The notes beneath the pieces were generated by a model, which was given only the letters and a program-made list of their open reading frames with translations, was not told the origin of the DNA and ran no database searches. DNA of 3,120 nt, from assembly GCF_003334815.1 (NCBI RefSeq), contig NZ_QOWO01000085.1; one strand, written 5' to 3'. Below, piece after piece: positions 1 to 3,120 of this stretch. Both the position numbers and the translations under genes were made by a program. This stretch comes from Escherichia coli. Its GTDB lineage: Bacteria > Pseudomonadota > Gammaproteobacteria > Enterobacterales > Enterobacteriaceae. Each line of letters begins with the position of its first letter. Within the stretch, counting starts at the first letter, position 1.

Positions 1-31
1 CGCGGTGAACAGCCCACAGGCAGCGGGGAAC

Positions 32-63
32 GGGCACCACAGGGGTGCCCTCCCGGTGCCCTC
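32..63 (+). promoter_or_regulatory. Repeat cluster upstream of the methylase gene: hairpin GGGCACC-acagg-GGTGCCC (32-50) whose right arm is repeated directly (GGTGCCCTC at 44-52 and 55-63, 11 bp apart); candidate operator or structured 5' leader
   Basis: Seen directly: 7-bp perfect inverted repeat with 5-nt loop, plus an exact 9-bp direct repeat at one helical turn spacing, about 20 bp upstream of the methylase SD. No convincing sigma70 -35/-10 is visible inside the window, so the promoter may lie upstream of position 1. Confidence 0.3.
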
Positions 64-71
64 TGTAAGAG

Positions 72-77
72 AAGGAG
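72..77 (+). promoter_or_regulatory. Shine-Dalgarno (AAGGAG) for the methyltransferase gene
   Basis: AAGGAG lies 6 nt upstream of ATG at 84. Confidence 0.6.
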
Positions 78-83
78 TTTCGT

Positions 84-767
84 ATGTCCCGTTTTGTCCT
101 CGGTAACTGCATCGATGTTATGGCCCGTATTCCTGATAACGCCATTGATTTCATCCTCACCGACCCGCCATATCTCGTCGGTTTCCGTGACCGTTCCGGG
201 CGCACCATCGCCGGCGATAAAACCGATGAGTGGCTGCAACCGGCCTGTAATGAAATGTTCCGCGTGCTGAAAAAAGACGCGTTAATGGTGAGCTTCTACG
301 GCTGGAACCGCGTCGATCGCTTTATGGCCGCCTGGAAAAATGCGGGATTCAGCGTTGTTGGTCACCTGGTCTTCACCAAAAACTACACATCGAAGGCCGC
401 ATATGTGGGCTATCGCCACGAATGCGCCTACATCCTGGCAAAAGGCCGTCCACGTCTGCCACAAAACCCGCTGCCGGACGTGCTGGGCTGGAAATATTCG
501 GGCAATCGCCATCACCCGACGGAAAAGCCCGTTACCAGCCTGCAACCGCTGATTGAGAACTTCACACACCCGAACGCAATTGTGCTGGACCCGTTTGCAG
601 GCAGCGGCTCAACCTGCGTCGCCGCCCTCCAGTCCGGACGCCGGTATATCGGTATCGAGCTGCTTGAGCAGTATCACCGTGCCGGGCAGCAACGCCTTGC
701 CGCCGTGCAACGGGCCATGCAGCAGGGGGCCGCGAATGATGACTGGTTTATGCCGGAGGCTGCGTAA
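84..767 (+). CDS. Orphan site-specific DNA N6-adenine methyltransferase, beta class (N6_N4_Mtase-type, YhdJ-like), 227 aa
   Basis: Strong SD and ATG start. Catalytic motif IV DPPY (nt 162-173) lies N-terminal to the SAM-binding motif I FAGSGST (nt 594-614), the circularly permuted order typical of beta-class amino-MTases. The C-terminal segment HPTEKP...VLDPFAGSGST...GRRYIGIE matches the conserved core of YhdJ-like and plasmid orphan adenine methylases as I recall them. No restriction endonuclease partner is present in the window. Confidence 0.9.
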   Translation: MSRFVLGNCIDVMARIPDNAIDFILTDPPYLVGFRDRSGRTIAGDKTDEWLQPACNEMFRVLKKDALMVSFYGWNRVDRFMAAWKNAGFSVVGHLVFTKNYTSKAAYVGYRHECAYILAKGRPRLPQNPLPDVLGWKYSGNRHHPTEKPVTSLQPLIENFTHPNAIVLDPFAGSGSTCVAALQSGRRYIGIELLEQYHRAGQQRLAAVQRAMQQGAANDDWFMPEAA

Positions 768-989
768 ATGAACTATGCAGGACACGAAAAACTGCGCGCC
801 GAAGTGGCGGAGGTGGCCAATGCCATGTGCGACCTGCGTACAACCATGAATGAGATGGAGCAGCGGTACAGCTTTAATGCCGACACCCTGCCGGAACGTC
901 TGGTGCGTCAGACGCTGTTTCGCGCAAACCGCCTCCTGATGGAGGCATATACCGAAATTCTGGAACTGGAAGCGTGCTTTAAAGATTGA
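768..989 (+). CDS. Hypothetical small protein, 73 aa, translationally coupled to the methyltransferase; function unknown
   Basis: Its ATG immediately follows the methylase TAA stop (TAAATG at 765-770), with GGAGG 9 nt upstream. The protein is predicted helical and mildly acidic, with no motif I recognise. It is followed 13 bp later by the next gene, which has its own SD. Confidence 0.65.
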   Translation: MNYAGHEKLRAEVAEVANAMCDLRTTMNEMEQRYSFNADTLPERLVRQTLFRANRLLMEAYTEILELEACFKD

Positions 990-1002
990 GAAGGAGACGA
1001 GA

Positions 1003-1437
1003 ATGTACGGAACATGCGAAACGCTATGCCGGGAGCTGGCAGTAAAGTATCCGGGAGACATGCCGCTGATGCTGGTTATCTGGTCCCCGGAAGAGATTCA
1101 GGCCCTCGCTGACGGAATGGATATTTCCCTGTCCGATCATGAAATCAGAACCGTCCTGGCGCGCCTGGAGGACATCCCGGAAGACCAGCGGACTGAATCC
1201 GGTATTTCTTCCGGCGTGGCGATGGAGATCATCAATAACGTGAGCGAAAACCGCCAGGTGACCGTCCCTGCTGAACTGCTGGCGTCCCTGATTCAGACCG
1301 CTGAACAGGCATTGTGGAAACGTGAATGGGCCGCCCGGGATCATGGCCTCGCCGTCCCGGAATGCGTCACCCGCCGTCAGGCGGTGATTAATCAGGCCCG
1401 CACCCTGCTGAAAAACAACAGACACGAAAACGACTGA
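1003..1437 (+). CDS. Hypothetical acidic protein, 144 aa; function unknown
   Basis: AAGGAG at 991-996 lies 6 nt before ATG 1003. It is the longest ORF in this span; the antisense ORF 1024-1425 has no RBS. By manual count it has about 23 Asp/Glu against about 14 Arg/Lys. No recognisable catalytic motif. Confidence 0.7.
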   Translation: MYGTCETLCRELAVKYPGDMPLMLVIWSPEEIQALADGMDISLSDHEIRTVLARLEDIPEDQRTESGISSGVAMEIINNVSENRQVTVPAELLASLIQTAEQALWKREWAARDHGLAVPECVTRRQAVINQARTLLKNNRHEND

Positions 1438-1441
1438 TGTT

Positions 1442-1463
1442 ATCGCCGCCTCCGGGCGGCGAT
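1442..1463 (+). other. Intergenic hairpin (9-bp stem ATCGCCGCC / GGCGGCGAT, loop TCCG) between ORF3 and ORF4; no U-tract, so likely an RNA stability or processing element rather than a terminator
   Basis: Perfect inverted repeat seen directly. It is followed by GGGAGA (1467-1472) and ATG 1483 rather than a T-run. Confidence 0.4.
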
Positions 1464-1482
1464 TCAGGGAGAACGATTAATC

Positions 1483-2259
1483 ATGAACGAAAACACAACA
1501 CTGAACGCACTGATTTGTCGTCACGCCCGCAACCTGCTGCTGGCGCAGGGCTGGCCGGAAGAGACGGATGTTGACCAGCGGAACCCGAAGTATCCGGGCT
1601 GGATCAGCATTTATGTTCTGCTGGATGCGCCCCGGCTGGCGATGTTACTCATCAACCGTCACGGCGGCGTACTGCCGCCGCTCCTGGCCTCCGCCATTCA
1701 GAAACTGACCGGAACCGGGGCGGAACTGGTACTGTCTGGCAGTCAGTGGCAGTCGCTGCCGGTACTTCCGGCAGACGGAACACAGGTGTTTTTCCCGTAT
1801 GCCGGAGAATGGCTGACCGAAGACGAAATCAGGGCAGTTCTTGATGCAGTGCGCGATGCGGTACGCAGTGTCAGTTGCCGGGTGGCAGAAGATGCGCAGC
1901 GTATCAGGGCGGCGCTGACCACAACCGGTCAGACGTTGCTGACCCGCCAGACGCGCCGCTTTCGCCTGGTTGTGAAGGAAAGCGATCACCCCTGCTGGCT
2001 CGATGAAGACGACGAAAACCTGCCCGTGGTGCTCGATGCCATCCTGAACCGGGGAGCACGTTTTTCGGCGGTGGAAATGTATCTGGTCAGTGAGTGTGTG
2101 GAGCATATCCTGTCCAGTGGGCTGGCCTGCGATGTGCTGCGTATACCGGATGAACCGCCCCGCCGGTGGTTTGACCGTGGTGTTCTGCGGGAGGTGGTCC
2201 GGGAAGCCCGGGCCGAAATCCGCAGCATGGCGGATGCCCTGGCAAAAATCAGGAGCTGA
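1483..2259 (+). CDS. Hypothetical protein, 258 aa, with an acidic patch (WLDEDDEN); function unknown
   Basis: GGGAGA SD lies 10 nt upstream of ATG 1483. It is a long ORF in the same orientation as the operon, followed immediately by an intrinsic terminator. I see no nuclease, ATPase or HTH motif by eye. The antisense ORFs 1645-2355 and 1986-2312 are low-complexity and lack RBSs. Confidence 0.7.
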   Translation: MNENTTLNALICRHARNLLLAQGWPEETDVDQRNPKYPGWISIYVLLDAPRLAMLLINRHGGVLPPLLASAIQKLTGTGAELVLSGSQWQSLPVLPADGTQVFFPYAGEWLTEDEIRAVLDAVRDAVRSVSCRVAEDAQRIRAALTTTGQTLLTRQTRRFRLVVKESDHPCWLDEDDENLPVVLDAILNRGARFSAVEMYLVSECVEHILSSGLACDVLRIPDEPPRRWFDRGVLREVVREARAEIRSMADALAKIRS

Positions 2260-2263
2260 TGAT

Positions 2264-2287
2264 GGCGGGGAAAATCCCCGCCTTTTT
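2264..2287 (+). terminator. Rho-independent terminator of the methylase-ORF2-ORF3-ORF4 operon
   Basis: GGCGGGG-aaaat-CCCCGCC (7-bp GC-rich stem, 5-nt loop) followed by TTTTT, beginning 5 nt after the ORF4 TGA stop. Confidence 0.75.
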
Positions 2288-2341
2288 CCTGCCGGTCCCG
2301 GACAGAGCACAAAGGACGTCGCCGCCGGCTCCGCTTTACCC

Positions 2342-2370
2342 GGCCATGCGGGCATGGCCTTATGGGTTTT
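2342..2370 (+). terminator. Second hairpin (GGCCATG-cggg-CATGGCC) followed by an interrupted T-tract (TTATGGGTTTT); possible backup terminator or the 3' end of a short transcript
   Basis: Perfect 7-bp inverted repeat seen directly. The downstream T-run is interrupted, so this is weaker than the terminator at 2264-2287. Confidence 0.35.
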
Positions 2371-2657
2371 CAGTTATGTGGCCTCAGCGCCGTGTGCGGG
2401 CTGTGCCGTGCCTCCATCTTAGCCGGGCTGGCGTTGATGCAAGGGTACGCTTCGCCGCTGCGGTCACCCGGTCCCTCCTTCCCGTCTGCCGTGATTTTCC
2501 GGTCGTTCGCCCGCTCAGGTTTCGCGGCCTCACCCTGCAACTCCCGCCAGCCGTGTGCGTCAGGCTGCGGCTTCCCTTGCGCCCCTGCATCCCCGCCTGT
2601 TCGCCCGGCTTTTATGGAGGCACGGCACCGCCCGGTGTCGCGGAATATGTGAACAAC

Positions 2658-2662
2658 GGAGG
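2658..2662 (+). promoter_or_regulatory. Shine-Dalgarno (GGAGG) for klcA
   Basis: GGAGG lies 8 nt upstream of ATG 2671. Confidence 0.6.
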
Positions 2663-2670
2663 AAAACATC

Positions 2671-3096
2671 ATGCAATATGCGAAACCTGTCACTCTGAAC
2701 GTTGAAGAGTGCGACCGTCTCTCCTTTCTACCGTATCTGTTTGGCAACGATTTTCTGTATGCCGAGGCGTATGTGTACGCGCTGGCGCAAAAAATGATGC
2801 CGGAATATCAGGGAGGCTTCTGGCATTTCATCCGCCTGCCGGATGGTGGCGGTTACATGATGCCGGATGGCGACCGTTTTCATCTGGTCAACGGTGAAAA
2901 CTGGTTTGACCGCACTGTGAGTGCTGATGCCGCAGGTATCATCCTGACTTCCCTTGTGATTAACCGCCAGTTGTGGCTGTACCACGACAGCGGGGATGCG
3001 GGACTGACACACCTTTACCGGATGCGCGATGCGCAGTTGTGGAGCCACATCGAATTTCACCCCGAATGCAACGCGATTTACGCGGCACTGGACTGA
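2671..3096 (+). CDS. klcA: Anti-restriction protein, KlcA/ArdB family, 141 aa
   Basis: Good SD and ATG. The protein carries the pattern I associate with KlcA/ArdB anti-restriction proteins: [11 protein letters not shown] ... EAYVYA ... [19 protein letters not shown] ... [10 protein letters not shown] ... [12 protein letters not shown] at the C-terminus. Its size (141 aa) also fits. This is recall of the family, not a database hit. Confidence 0.88.
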   Translation: MQYAKPVTLNVEECDRLSFLPYLFGNDFLYAEAYVYALAQKMMPEYQGGFWHFIRLPDGGGYMMPDGDRFHLVNGENWFDRTVSADAAGIILTSLVINRQLWLYHDSGDAGLTHLYRMRDAQLWSHIEFHPECNAIYAALD

Positions 3097-3114
3097 TTAA
3101 CGGACGGGGCGGCA

Positions 3115-3120
3115 ATGCCG
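3115..3120 (+). other. Possible start of the next + strand gene (ATG at 3115 after GGACGGGG); truncated by the window edge
   Basis: ATG lies 18 nt after the klcA stop and is preceded by a purine-rich stretch. Only 6 nt are visible, so it cannot be assessed. Confidence 0.2.

Noticed and set aside
282-569. Antisense 95-aa ORF, and sense-strand off-frame ORFs 340-552 and 553-771, inside the methyltransferase gene
   Set aside because: All are embedded in the well-supported MTase reading frame, which has conserved DPPY and FAGSGST motifs. They have no RBS, and their products are Cys/Arg/Trp-rich low-complexity peptides typical of off-frame translation of GC-rich DNA.
609-1061. Antisense 150-aa ORF spanning the MTase 3' end, ORF2 and the ORF3 start
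   Set aside because: It overlaps three co-oriented + strand genes that each have an SD and start codon. It has no SD of its own and has His/Gly-rich, atypical composition.
1024-1425. Antisense 133-aa ORF opposite ORF3
   Set aside because: Almost completely overlapped by the + strand ORF3, which has a canonical AAGGAG SD. No RBS, and the composition looks like a frame-shadow ORF.
768-1437. ORF2/ORF3 as a toxin-antitoxin pair
   Set aside because: The small-then-larger gene arrangement is superficially TA-like, but neither protein shows a recognisable toxin fold or motif (RelE/ParE, PIN, MazF, HipA, Fic) or an antitoxin DNA-binding motif. Both are coupled into a longer operon that begins with the methylase.
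1645-2355. Antisense ORFs of 236 aa and 108 aa (1986-2312) opposite ORF4
   Set aside because: Pro/Arg/Gly/Ser-rich low-complexity translations, no RBS, and they run through the + strand terminator hairpin. They are shadow ORFs of the GC-rich ORF4.
2434-2463. Possible sigma70 promoter for klcA (TTGATG -35-like at 2434-2439)
   Set aside because: No acceptable -10 hexamer at 16-18 bp spacing. Other candidate -10-like hexamers near 2610-2648 lack a matching -35. Not supportable from sequence alone.
2259-2747. ORFs within the klcA upstream spacer (2259-2705 +, 2090-2422 +, 2362-2652 +, 2370-2747 -, 2384-2590 -)
   Set aside because: All give Pro/Arg/Ala/Cys-rich low-complexity peptides and lack SD sequences. 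The 2259 ORF would have to start inside the terminator region. The region is better explained as structured non-coding DNA; a decayed pseudogene cannot be fully excluded without homologues.
2709-3060. ORFs 2709-2897 (+) and 2728-3060 (-) overlapping klcA
   Set aside because: Embedded in the klcA frame, which carries the recognisable KlcA/ArdB motifs; no independent translation signals.
1-3120. CRISPR array, tRNA/rRNA, IS element or terminal inverted repeats of a transposon
   Set aside because: No regularly spaced repeat-spacer structure, no cloverleaf-compatible tRNA-like segment, and no transposase-like ORF or paired terminal inverted repeats were seen.

Overview
This 3.1 kb GC-rich window is a single + strand gene cluster that looks like an enterobacterial mobile-element anti-restriction region (plasmid leading region or integrative-element cargo). 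A four-gene operon runs from 84 to 2259: an orphan beta-class N6-adenine DNA methyltransferase (DPPY and FAGSGST motifs) followed by three tightly coupled ORFs of 73, 144 and 258 aa that I cannot assign to any family. It ends in a clear intrinsic terminator at 2264-2287. A long (~380 bp), unusually GC-rich, pyrimidine-skewed non-coding spacer with hairpins and repeated motifs follows, then a KlcA/ArdB-family anti-restriction gene (2671-3096). The best candidates for an undescribed system are the three unknown ORFs between the methylase and klcA, and the structured spacer upstream of klcA. No tRNA, rRNA, CRISPR array, IS element or integrase is visible. All calls rest on reading the sequence and on motif recall; no database search was run.
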